Origin: Chrysemys picta bellii
Lineage: Eukaryota
Assembly: GCF_011386835.1 (NCBI RefSeq)
Contig: NC_088797.1
Span: forward strand, 29,388,001 to 29,452,000
Length of the DNA stretch: 64,000 nt
Direction: 5' to 3'
The notes beneath the pieces are model-generated. The model was not told where the DNA came from, ran no database searches, and worked only from the letters and a program-made list of their open reading frames with translations. Positions 9,913 to 21,500 of this stretch are shown here, piece after piece (the first letter of the stretch is position 1; every line of letters starts with the position of its first letter). A program made the translations under genes and the position numbers.

Positions 9913-12900
9913 ATGCCGGTGCATCCGGCGCCCAAGGAGGCGGAGGAGATGGAGGGGGACGGGGACTCGGCACCTGAGCTGAATGGCGAAGAGGAGGAGA
10001 GCGAGGAGGAGCATAGTGCCAGCCCTTCTGAATCAGAGGAAGAAAGCTCAGGTACTGGGGTGTGGAAGGGGATTTGGGGTGGGGCTTGGCCCTTCATCAC
10101 AGAGCGGTACTGGGGTGGGGGGTGGCCGTGCTTCCTGGGTAAGAGCCATGGCCCAGCCAAGTTGGTGTCCTCTCCCCAGACTCCTGGGTTCTGTTCCCAG
10201 TTCTGGAAGGCGAGTGGGGTCTAGTGGGCTATAGGGGGATGGGCCGATGAACCAGGACTCCTGGGTTCTATTATCCCCAGCTGTATGTGTGCCCCTGGGT
10301 GAGTGTCCTGACTCTGTGTGCTTCAGTTCCCCGGGTGGTCTGTGTGTGTCACTATGCCCATGGGTGAGCATGGGCTGGAAGATACATGTGCTGTGCCCTA
10401 CAGAGATGGACGAGGAGGATTGTGAGCGGCGCCGCAGCGAGTGCCTGGATGAGATGTGTGACCTGGAGAAGCAGTTTTCTGAGCTCAAGGAAAAGTGAGT
10501 CTCTTGTTGGCTTCCCCATCCCTGAGGTGCCTGTATCTCAGTGCCAGGCGAGGGATCCTGGGACAAACTGTCCCTGCACCCCACCCCAGAGATTGTTGTC
10601 TCAGTTCTGGCTGACACAGTGGGCTGGATGGGGCTGGACAGGCCTGTGCTGTGCGGGGGGTGGGTGGGTGGGCACAGCGGGACCATGCTGGGCAGGGCTG
10701 GGTGGAATGTGGGGCGGGGCTGGGTGCAGGCTGGGTGGGGTGGACAGGGCTGTGCTCAGTCCCTGCTGGTGCACCCTGCAGGCTATTCAAGGAGCGGCTG
10801 AACCAGGTGAAGGCCAAGCTGGAGGACGTGGCGTCAGGGCGGGCGGCCGAGTACCTCGACCCCCTGGGTGTCCTGCAGAACAACATGAAGATCCGCATCG
10901 AGGTGGCTGGTGAGCTCCTGGCCCTGCCCATGTGTTAGCTGTATCCCCTGCTGCCCCACAGGGGATTGGTCCCACCGCTGAGGAGTTGGGGTGCCAGGGC
11001 TCAGTACCAGGGTGTGGGGGGAGAGTGGCTATGTCCCCTGGGCTGTCATGGTCCAGGCAGGCCTCAGAGGGCAGTGACCAGCTCTAAGGGAGCAGCAAGG
11101 GTTGAAGGCTCAGGAGCTGGGGGCAGTTGGGCTTGGAGGGGAAATGACAGGGCCCAGATCCAGTGTGGGGAAGGAAGGGTTCAGGAGAAGGGATGATGGA
11201 TGGCGGGTGGGGGAGCCTGTGGGAGAGGAAGCGGGGGGAGGGGATTCAGGAGAGGCATGGGGAGGACTCAGGCCTGTGGGGTGGGGTAGGAATTCAGAGG
11301 AGGGTGCTGGCAGGCAGCCCTGGGAGGGGACTCAGGGGTAGAGAGATTCAGGCAGGTGGAGGCAAGGCCCACCTGTGGGAGGAAGGGGTGGGGCCCAGAG
11401 AGGGGAGTTGATGGCAGGGCCCAGAGGGCAGGAATTTCGCAGGGTCGTGGGAGTGATGGAGTGAGGCTGGCAGGGCCCGGACTGGTGGTGGTAGGAGGGC
11501 AGGGACTTGGACTGGGAGCCTCCTGGGAGGCTTGGGGTTAGCCAGGGTGGGCATCTCGCAGGGCTGTGGCTGGGCATGGAGGCAGAGGGGCTGGTGGATG
11601 GGCAGGGGTCACTGGTCCCCCCTCTTGCAGGCATCTACAAGGGGCTGTGCCTGGAGGTGGTGAGGAACAAGCACGAGTGTGAGCTGCAGGGAGCACGCCA
11701 GCACCTGGAGGTGAGGGCCCCCATGACCTCCCTCTGCTCCTACCCATTGCTGAGGTCCCCTGCAGGCCCCCATCTACCCCTCCACGCCCCACAGGGCCCC
11801 CTGCGTAAGCCCCCCCGAGGTGCCCCATGGACTGCCCTGCTCCCGCAGACCCTCCATCCACTTCCCAGCTCCAGATGCCACATCCTGTCTGAGCCCTGTG
11901 GCTGACTTCTGCACCCCCAGCATTCCCAGGGAGCACTGCGGGAGGGCCAGGAATGGGACCAAACGAGCCGGGTGGGAGGCTGGGAGCCCACAGCCTGGGG
12001 GTGGGATAGGGTCTGGCTGCGCCTCCAGGGCCTCCCTAGTGTTCTCTGTGCCAAGGGGGTGGGTCCATCCTGGCTGCGCCCCCGACCCCATCCTGTCCAC
12101 ACAGAGTGAGAAGCTCCTGCTCTACGACAACATGCAGAGCGAGCTGCTGGAGCGAATCCAGCGCCTGGAGGATGATCGGCAGAGCATCGACATCACCTCA
12201 GGTCAGTGAGCCCCAGGGCCTCCCCCAACTCCCCTCTCCCACTGCCGTTCTCCACGTATCTCTGCCTCCTGGCCATCCAGAGTGCCTCTAACCTGCTCTC
12301 ACTTCAGTGTGCCCCCACAATCATCCCCAGTTTGATGCCCCCTGCCACACCGCTGCTGCCCCCCATAGGGTCCCTCCCACCATTCCCCAGAGTCACACAC
12401 CCCTGCATCCCCATTACAAAGGCAGCTGTGTCCAGGGTCGCTGCACCCCATGGATCAGACCAACGGGTCCATCCTGCCCAGTATCCTAGTGTTGTTCCCA
12501 CTTTCTAGCTGTTCCTTTGCTCCATGTGTGAGGTGAGTTTGCTGGGTCTCATCCTGCCCCACGAGGGACTGGGCTCACTGCCCCCCCCCCCCCCCCACTC
12601 CTGGCACAAACCACTCCGCTCATCCCTGTCCCCAGAGGGCACTAACTTCCCCTGCACTGGCAGCCCCAGTGGAGAGAGAGGATTGAGTCCCCTTTGCCCC
12701 CCAGAGGCATCCCTGTGGGGCAGCGGGGAGGGGGAGAGTGGGCTGCTGCCAAGCAGGCCCCTCCCCCAGCCCGGTGGGAGGGACTGTCCTCTGACCCTTG
12801 TCCTTTCCTCCTGGGTTAGAGTGGTGGGACGACAAGCTGCGCCCCAAGAACAGCCTCAAGAAGTGGGATCCCTTCCGGCCCGCCAAGAGGAAGAAAGCGC

Positions 12901-15401
12901 CGCTTGTGTCTGATATCCTTACATTGGTATTCCCTCCCTCTGCTGGGCATGGGGCAGGGACCATGCTGGTGTCCCCCCCACCGCCCCCACACACACTCTG
13001 CTGGTATCCCCCGGCTGGCCATGCTGGTATCTTCTCCCCCAGAACAGACCTGTCCCATCAGTCCTGGCCCCTGACCCTTCCAGTCCCAGTGGTGATGTTG
13101 GGGAAAAGAGGGGCTGGGATGTCTGACCCAGGGGCTCCCCTCTCTGCGGTGCCCTGTGGCAGGGAATCCGGTTGGCTCCTGCCTGGCTGGCTGCTACTGT
13201 CCCCCCCCCCCCCCATTCTGATGCTGCCCCCTCCCCAAGTTGGTGTGGGAGGGAATGGGGCTAAATGATCACCATGGTTGCGTATGGCTACATGCCCTTA
13301 ACATGCCCCTCACGCCCCTACATCGTCTACATGCTGCGGGACATCGACATCCTGGAAGACTGGACGGCCATCAAAAAGGTGAGGCTGACCCACAGGACAC
13401 CTGGGTCTCTTAATAACCCCCTTTCCCTCGCACACCACCTGCCACCCCCCACAATGCCTGAGTCCCTGAAACCCCATCCCCCCGCCCCGCACATCCCTCC
13501 GCGACACTGCAGGACCTCTGAGTCCCTTAATAACCCCCACTCCCTCACACACCCCTGGCCACCTCACACAATGCTTGGGTCCCTTAAGCCCTTCCCACAC
13601 ACACATGTCCCCTGGCTGCCCCACAGGCTGCCTAGGTCCCTTAATAACCACCCCTCATACACACCCTTAGTTGTTCTGCAGAATAATAGTCCCCCTTCCT
13701 AGCTCTGCCGTTTGGGATCAAACATGTGGAAATGGGATTATTTTCATATGTATTCTTAATATGCCCTTTAAAAAGTCACCATTAGCTGGGCCAGGAGCTG
13801 GGAGCCAGGATTCCTGGGGTCTGTCCCTGGCTCTGGGAGCGTAGTGTGGGGGGGGGGGGGTCTAGTGGGTTAGAGTGATGGGGAGGGTGGGGCTGGGAAC
13901 CAAGACTCCTGGGTTCTATCCCCAGCTCTGGGTGGAGAGTGGGGACTGGGAGTCAGGACTTCCTGGTTCTGTTCACTGATGCTGAGTGAGTCCCTTACCC
14001 TGTGCCTCAGTTTCCCCATCTGTCTCACAGGCTAATGCTGCCATCCTTCCTGGGGGACCAGCATGGGTGGGGTCTGCATAGCTCTGTGAGCAGCCGCAGG
14101 GGGTGGAGCATGATCCCTGCGTAAGCCCCTTTAATCGTCTTGTCTCTCCCTACAGGCTAAAGCAGCCGTGTCGCCCCAGAAAAGAAAATCCGATGGTAAG
14201 AGTTGGGGAAGGGATAAGATATGGGGCATTTCCTCTCTAGGGGCACCAGCTCCAGTCTGGCTCCAGGGCAGAGAAGTGGCTCGCTCAGGTGTTCAGGAAG
14301 TGGGGTGCAGGGTCTTTCCACCTAGGGGTGCTGGCTCTGACCTGAATCCCAGTCGGGCCCCTCCTGCCCCTTCATGGCTCCTCGCCTGCCATCTTGCTGC
14401 CCTCCACCACCCTGCACAGATCCCCCTTGCCACTTCTGGTCTCCCCCAGTGCCTCAACCAGGACACGAGCTAACCTGGTCCAGCAGCTGCTAGCAGGGCC
14501 CATCCTCCGGGCAGGTGACCCCCCCCTCACCCCCCAGTATGTGGGGCTGTGCCTGCCCCCCCAGCATTGATCACCTCCCTCCCCCCAGTGCTGGTGAAGG
14601 TGGAGAAGCCGGGCGCCCAGTTCTCAGCCCGCTGCGAGGACGGGCGGCTGCATTATGAGGGTGAGATCTACAGCAAAGGGCAGAGCGTCATCCTGGAGGT
14701 CGGGGACGAGGCACCCGCGCAGTGAGTGGCCATGGACTGGCTGGCTGGAGGGAATGGGGCCCGGGGCCTTTTCCCTTGAGGAGGCGCTAGCTCTGATCCA
14801 GACCCAATGCGGGGGACTGGCTGGCTCAGGGGGACAGGGAATGGGATCGGGGCTGTTCTCTCTATGGGGGGTGCTAGCTCGGATCCAGCCCCAAGGCAGG
14901 GGACTGGCTGGCTCAGGGGGACAGGGAATGGGATCGGGGCTGTTCTCTCTACGGGGGGTGCTAGCTCGGATCCAGCCCCAAGGCAGGGGACTGGCTGGCT
15001 CAGGGGGACAGGGAATGGGATCGGGGCTGTTCTCTCTATGGGGAGTGCTAGCTCGGATCCAGCCCCAAGGCAGGGGACTGGCTGGCTCAGGGGGACAGAG
15101 AATTGGATAGGGGGCCGTTCTCTCTATGGGGGGTGCTGGCTCCAATCCAGCCCCAGGGCAGGGTCTGGCTGGCTCAGGGGGCGGGGAATGGGATACAGGG
15201 CCTTTCCCGTAGGGAGTGCTGGCTCCAATCCAGTCCCAGGGCGGGGCGGGGGGACTGACTGTGACCCCTGCTCTCCCCCGCAGGGCAGTGATCACGGCTG
15301 TCAGCACTGGGGAGGTCTGGCTGCGCCGGGAGGATGGCACCAAGACCAAAATCTACGTCTCGCAGCTGCAGAAGGGCAAGTACTCGGTGCGCAAGGCCTG
15401 A
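9913..15401 (+). CDS. BRMS1: Breast cancer metastasis suppressor 1 (SIN3-HDAC subunit), 327 aa. Coding exons 9913-10051, 10404-10494, 10782-10909, 11631-11710, 12105-12201, 12820-12912, 13314-13378, 14156-14195, 14589-14721, 15284-15401
   Basis: Translation [19 protein letters not shown]...[30 protein letters not shown]...[35 protein letters not shown] matches BRMS1. The exons sum to 984 nt in frame. The last two exons encode a BRMS1L-like tail ending [16 protein letters not shown]. Confidence 0.93.
12913..13313 (+). other. BRMS1: U12-type (minor spliceosome) AT-AC intron
   Basis: 5' end ATATCCTT, branch point CCCTTAAC at 13295-13302 about 12 nt from the 3' end, and 3' AC. Removing it restores PLVS-G-PYIVY. 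Confidence 0.92.
14735..15250 (+). repeat. 87-bp minisatellite, about 6 copies, in the last BRMS1 intron
   Basis: gactggctggctcaggggg recurs at 14815, 14902, 14989, 15076 and 15163, an exact 87-bp period. The related dispersed family occurs inverted at about 20420-20550, 22950-23010, 31050-31140 and 48430-48550. Confidence 0.9.
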
Positions 15402-18400
15402 GCGGGCCCTCTCGTGGCTCAGCCCTGCGGCTCGGCACAGGCCTCCTCCTGGAAACCAATGGCCCACGGACCCTCCCCGGCGCACCGAGTGGCTGGATTT
15501 GCTCTCCCCTTGCACTAGGACTCAGATGGAGAGGACTCTGGGGCCCTGCCTGGCGGGGTATTCCCATGGCCAGTGCTCCCGCCTCAGATCCCTGCAGACA
15601 GGCCAGCACGAGGCTTCACCGCTCGCTTCCCTCGCTAGGACTCTGGTGTTTGTAGCAATCTTGGGGGGCTGCACGTAAACCCCGGTGCCTGGGGCTGTTG
15701 TGCCCCCCAGGGAAATAGGGGTGCTGGTTCCAGGGGCTTCAGCAGGAAAAGCCCTGGGCCTCGGCCAGACCCCTGGAAGCGTTCACATTAAAAACCAAGT
15801 GAAACATACAAATCTTGGCCCTTTGATTCATTTCAGTGTATGCTGGGAAGTGGGACATGGGGCTTTTCTCTTCTGGGGGACGCCAACTCCGTTCCAGCCC
15901 CAGGGTGGGCTGGGGATGGGGGGTGAGTGGGGTGTCCCCTTGCTGGGGCACAGAGGGTTCCCAGCTCTAAGCCAGCAGCCCCCCCCCCTCCCCAGCTGTG
16001 TGCGCCGTCCCTTGTCTCTGAGCCCCTCCAGAACAGCTGGCCACAACCCCTTGGGGGGGGGGTCACTACAGCATCAGGGCATCCCTACCTCCAACCTGCT
16101 CTGATTCTGGGACGCACACCCTGGCTTCTTTCCCCCAAGTGGCAGCACCTTTGGGACCCCCCCAACTCTCCCAACCCGCACTGTTGCCCCTTTTCCAGCC
16201 TTCCTTTCCCTCGGGAAAGACAGGGCCCCTCACAGTCCGTGGCCAGGCCATACTGCTGGGAGCCGCTCATGTGGCCGACAACCTGGGGGCCTCGTGTCTG
16301 GGCCGTGCCCATTCTCAGCCAGGCCTCCCCCAGCACACCAAGAAGCGCAGCTGCCTGCACCCCTCCAGCGCTCCTCAGCAGAGCAAGGGGGAAAATGAAA
16401 ATGGGGGATCCTTCCCGTCCCTTCTGCATGAGCCCAGCCAGAGCTGCACCCCAACTTCACAGGCTCTGGAGAGACTACAAGGGCCTTAGAGTGAGTGGAA
16501 CTGGGTCACGGGGTGGGTGGGGGGATCTGTCACAAACCTGGGAATCCCACCCCGATCTTGGTTCTACCCCATGCTGGACTTTCAAACCCTCCTGCCAACT
16601 GCCCACAGGGGGTCTCTACTAGTCCCTCCCCACATTGGGGTTTTAGCCTGACACCCCATGAGTTGTGCAGAGAACTGATCTCCTGGATTCCAGCACCCCA
16701 CTACCCTCCCCATGGCTCATCTCCCTTCTCTGCATGCCCAGCTGATTGGGGTCTGGGATCCAGGACTCCTGGGTTCTATCCTCAGTTTTGGAAGGACTGT
16801 GGGGTCCACTGGGTTGGGGAGGGGGGTGCTGGCTGGAAGCCAGGACCCCTAGGTTCTCTTCCCAGTTGGCTGTCTGACAGTGGCAGAGTCCACGCCCCTG
16901 TTTGTGCCTCAGTTTCCCTCCTCGTAGTGGGAGCCACTGTGGCCTCCCTGATGTCAGGGTGAGGGGATAGGGCATCCGGGCAGGGCTCTTAGGTGGGGGC
17001 TGGGGACAGATACAAAACCCAAGATAAAGCAAGTCCATGGGGGATGGTGCCAAGGACCCCTGGTGTCTGGGGGCGGCCAGGCAGCTGCCAGGTTTGGCTG
17101 GCGCCCCAGACATGCTCAGAACCCAGAGCATCTGAGTCCGACGTGGGAGCGAAGGGAATAATTAATTAATAACGACACTGCAGGCAGCGAAGGGGTAGCA
17201 GGAAGGGGGCACTGCCAGGTAAGGGCTTGTGGTGGGGGGGCATTGGGATGGGGCACTGGCAGAACTCCCCCAGGATGAGCCGCGATGTCAGCTCCAGTCA
17301 CATCAAAACTTCACTCCGGGCAGGGAGGGAGCAGCCCGGCAGTTATTTATAGCTCAGGGCCTGGGGGGGGGCTGAGATGGGGGGTGGGAGATCAGGAGAG
17401 CTGGGATCTGGCTTGGTCCTGATGGATTTTCCATTTTTTGCTAATCCTCTCCCCCTCTCCGCCCCCCCCCGCTCCTCCATCTACTGCCCTGCCCCCCCCC
17501 CTCCATTTCCCTGTGATTATACACACATAAGTACACACCTGGCCTGCAGCCCTCAGATTGACCTTTCTCTCCCATCTGGAAGAGGAGTAGTGTCTCTAGA
17601 GTTTAGAGCAGGGTGCTGGGAGCTAGGACTCCTGGGTTCTATCCCAGCCCTGGGAGAGGAGGGGTGTCTAGTGGGAGGGGGGCTGGGAGCCGGGACTCCT
17701 GGGTTCTAGCTCTGGGAAGAGAGTGGGGTCTAGTGAGTAAGAGCAGGGGGCTAGGACGCCTGGGTTCTATTTTTAGCTCAGGGATTAGGGTCTAGTCACT
17801 AGTGGATTAGATCAGAGGGGCTGAGAACTTTTTCACTTGACCAGAGCTCAAAGATCCGCAGCTCGCTTGAGCACAACCCTTCTCCGTGCCTCAGTTTACC
17901 CCTGTACAAAATGGGCAAGCTGGGAGGCTGGTGTCTGTTCCTGGTCCCCCTCTGTTCCCCCTGCCCCGGGGCTGGGTTGCTGATTAGATCTGCGCCCCCG
18001 CATGGGCTGTGCCAGCCCAGACAGCTTCGCCTTGGAAACGTGACTGCGCTGCGGGGGGGGAGCCCGTCTGTCCCTGCCTCGGGCTGGGGCTGGCTCTGGC
18101 TCAGCCCGGCCCAGCCCTGTGCCAGGGCTGGGTGTGACGGTGAGTCAGAGCCGACGTGCGCATTCCTGGCCCAGGCACGAACAGCTCCCCCGTCCCGCGG
18201 AGCCGCGGCACTGTGTAGCCGCTGCCGCAGCCCGCCCTGTGTAGGAATCCCCCCCTCTCCTACTGAGCTCCCGGTACAAGCAGCCCCCGCGCACCACCCC
18301 AGAGGCGGCTGCATCTCAGCGCCCCGCCAGCGCTCCATGCCCTGGGGAGAAGCATATTCCCAGCAAGGGCCACGTGGGTATGAGTCGTGCCCCTTCCTGC

Positions 18401-18585
18401 TCCTCCTGCAGCTTCCCGGTAGCGTTTCAGGGCTGGCGTCAGGCTGGGCTGGGCTGCCCCACACTCAGCCGCCCCTGCGGGCCCCAGAGGAGTTGGTACC
18501 AGGGGAAGGGGGGCGCTAAGGGTTAACAGCAGCTCCTGTTTCTGGCAGAGGGAGCCTGTCTCCGCAGCCTGGTCACCCAGCCGAG

Positions 18586-21500
18586 ATGGAGCCCCCGGAC
18601 CAGCCAGACGGGTATGGCAGAGGGGCCTGGGGACAGGGAGGTGGGGGGGAGCCAGGACTCCTGAGTTCTATCCCAGCGAGGGGCTAGTGGGTTAAAACAG
18701 GTGGGGCTGGGATCCCGGACTCCTGGGTTCCATGCTTTGGCCCTTAGTGCTAGAGGCTCCCCGCCCTCCTCACAGCTCTGTCTGTCCCTCCTCAGTCTGG
18801 GGCGTGGCCCTGTGTACGATGTCCCAGACCCACACGTCTTCCCCCAGCCCAGACCAGCACGGGGGTCTCCGAACAACGTCAGCCTCCTGGATCGCCTGCT
18901 CCTCACCCAGTCTGTCTGGCTGCAGCTGAGCCTCAACTCTGCCACCGCCCTGCACATCCTGCAGCGTGAGCCCCCCGGGGTGAGGGCTCAGGGGTGCCTC
19001 TGCCGGGCTGGACACTGAGGGAGATGGGTCCATTGGTCTGAGGGGGGGGGGGATCATGTAGGATGGCCCCTACGGCTCATCTGGGAAGGGGAATGATACA
19101 GGGCTAGATGGGTTCATGGCTCTGACTGGGGATGGGGGACAAAACCCAGGCCAGATGGGGTCCATGAGGCTGATGGGGGGGGGGGGAATCCCACACTGGA
19201 TGGATTTATGGGTGTGTGGGGGGGAATCCCACACTGGACGGGTCCATGGGGCTGAGCAGGGAAGGGGGTGGATATCGGGAAATGTTCCAAATCCCCAGCC
19301 CCTGGTAGCCCCTGCTGATGGGTGCCCCATTCCTGCCCCAGACATTCCTGGTGCGCCGATCGAACACACACCGACGCCGGGTGCTCTGCTTGCGCCTCCT
19401 AGATGACTTGGCCCCGGCCTTCGTCGCTAGCTACTGCCTGCAGGAGAAAGCAGCAGGTAGGGATGCGTCTGCGCTGCCCTCTGCCCCCCAGGGAGCACCA
19501 CGCCTACACACAGTCCTGCATCTGGGGCCCTACTGAGCTCCCCAGCTCCTGCAGTACGGTATCCCCTAGTGCTGCACTTGGCCAGTAGGCAAGTACTGAC
19601 TGCCAGGGGAGAGCGCCTCCTAGCGCTGCAGGGTCTGAGGGGCCTTCTCTTTGCAGGCATCTCTCTAGAGGGCTCATCCTGGAGCTTCCCAGACCTGCTG
19701 CACCTGGTGGCCTCCTACTGCCAGAGCCGGTGAGTGGGAGGATGGGGGACATCCCCAAATCTGAGCCCCTGAGCTTCAGCTCTCCCCTGCTCCCAGTAGA
19801 CTGAGATCCTGTAGTGCCCGGAGCAGTGGGGGACAGCGGAGGGGTTATAGGACAGAGGGCATTGGGGCAGCCCTGGGGGAGAGAGCAAAGGGCAGAAGAG
19901 GATTGGGGAAGTGCCCAAGGGGGAGGGGCAGAAGGGAATTGGGGGAGTGCCCGGGGGGGAGGGGCGGGGCAGAAGGGAATTGGGGGAATGTCCCTGAGGG
20001 AGGAGGGAGCCCTGGGCCTGTTGTCAGAGCCTGATGCACTGTCCCCCTAGGGAGGTTCTCCCGGTCACCCTGCGCCTGCCCCAACCCATCCAGCAGGCGG
20101 TGTCGCACAAGGAACTGGAGGCCATTTCCCACCTGGGCCTTGGTGAGTGACACCCCCCACAGCCCTTCCCCCTGGACCCCTCCCTCAGCGTCCCCCCCGA
20201 CATCTCAGTGGCCCCTACACTGATCTCCCTGATCCTTCCTCTCCCTTCAGTCCCCCTGGTCCCTCCCTGCCCATCCTCTCTCTGTGCCCCATTTCCACCC
20301 CATTACCCCCATCCCCACAGCCACTCCCCTTCCCCCATCACCCTGCACCTCCTCCCTGCACCCCCCAGGTAGCTGGGAAATCCCTCCCATCCCTTCCTCC
20401 TCTAGTTCCCCTCCCCCCCGGCCTGGGGCCAGATTGGAGCTGGCACTCCCTAGAGGGGAAAGGCTCATATCCCATTCTGCCCCCCTGAGCCAGCCAGACC
20501 TCCCACCTTGGGGCTGGATCAGAGCCAGCGCCCCCTAGAGGGGAAAGCCCATGTCCTCTCCTCAGTGCTGACCCCTCGTTTCCTCCCCCCTCCCCAGAGT
20601 TCTGGAGCTCTTCTCTCAATGCCAAGGACCCCCCGGAGTCGCCTGAGCCCCCACTCTGTGAGGATGCTGCCCCTGCAGCTGGCCAGCTGGGTGCAATCCC
20701 CACGCGGAGCCCAAGGGAGCTGGACTGTGGCCTGGGCAACGGGGCGCTGGGCTTCCTGAACCCCCTGTTCCAGGGCAGGGATGGGGGCTCACGGCGGGAC
20801 GACTTCAAGCGCAGCATTAAAGTGCGGGTGTCCACCGAGACCTCCAGCCCTCTCTCACCACCCCCCAAGCCACCGCCCCCCATCCCTTCCAGCCAGACTG
20901 GGATGCTCCCCACCCCGCGCCGAGAGCCGGGCCAGTACACATCGCTCAGCATGTCGGGGTATCGGGTGCCCCAGCGGGCTGGGGAGCCCCTTAATCCCAA
21001 GCCAGCCGGGAGCAGCCTCCCATCCCTGCAGGAGCTGGACAGCGGGTCCCCCAGTGGCTCAGAGAGCGAGGGGGGTGGGGGTCCTCGTGCCCCCTCACCT
21101 CCTGCCCAGCGCCGCCCCCGTGCCCCCCTGCGCTCCATGAGCGATGCCGTCCTGGCAGTGCTGGCCCCTGAGAAACAGCTGGCACGGGCCGTGGAGGGGC
21201 TGGCGCGGGACCGGAGCACCAGGCTGGGAGCCAGCATCCAGGATTTCCTGACCCTAGTGAGGGGTGGCGGGGGGGAGTGGCGGTCCAGCCACGAGCTGCT
21301 GAGTCCCGTCCGGACCTTCCTGACCCACACCAAGGCCCAGCTGCTGCACAGCCCAGCCCTGGAGCTGCCGAGCCCCACGCTGCTGCCTGACCACAGGCTG
21401 GGTGAGTGGGGCTGGGGGGAGGGATCCAGGATGCCTGAGTTCTATTCCCAGCTCTGGGATGAGTATGGGGTCTACTGGGTTAGAGCTGTGGGGCTGGGAG

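Noticed and set aside
14735-15250. Regular repeat arrays that might suggest CRISPR (also 31335-31605 and 38210-38850)
   Set aside because: The units are contiguous with no unique spacers, there are no cas genes, and the context is vertebrate.
14624-15655. Long ORFs (151-282 aa) on both strands
   Set aside because: They arise from the 87-bp repeat (a multiple of 3) in a BRMS1 intron; the translations are periodic and have no homology I recognise.
16396-16490. ATG-initiated segment ending in a GTGAGT donor, a possible upstream RIN1 exon
   Set aside because: Its phase (0) does not match the 18549 acceptor (phase 2) and I see no RIN homology; at most a UTR exon.
18337-18377. Alternative RIN1 start exon MPWGEAYSQQGPRG, phase-compatible with the 18549 acceptor
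   Set aside because: Plausible, but there is no homology support, so it is not called without transcripts.
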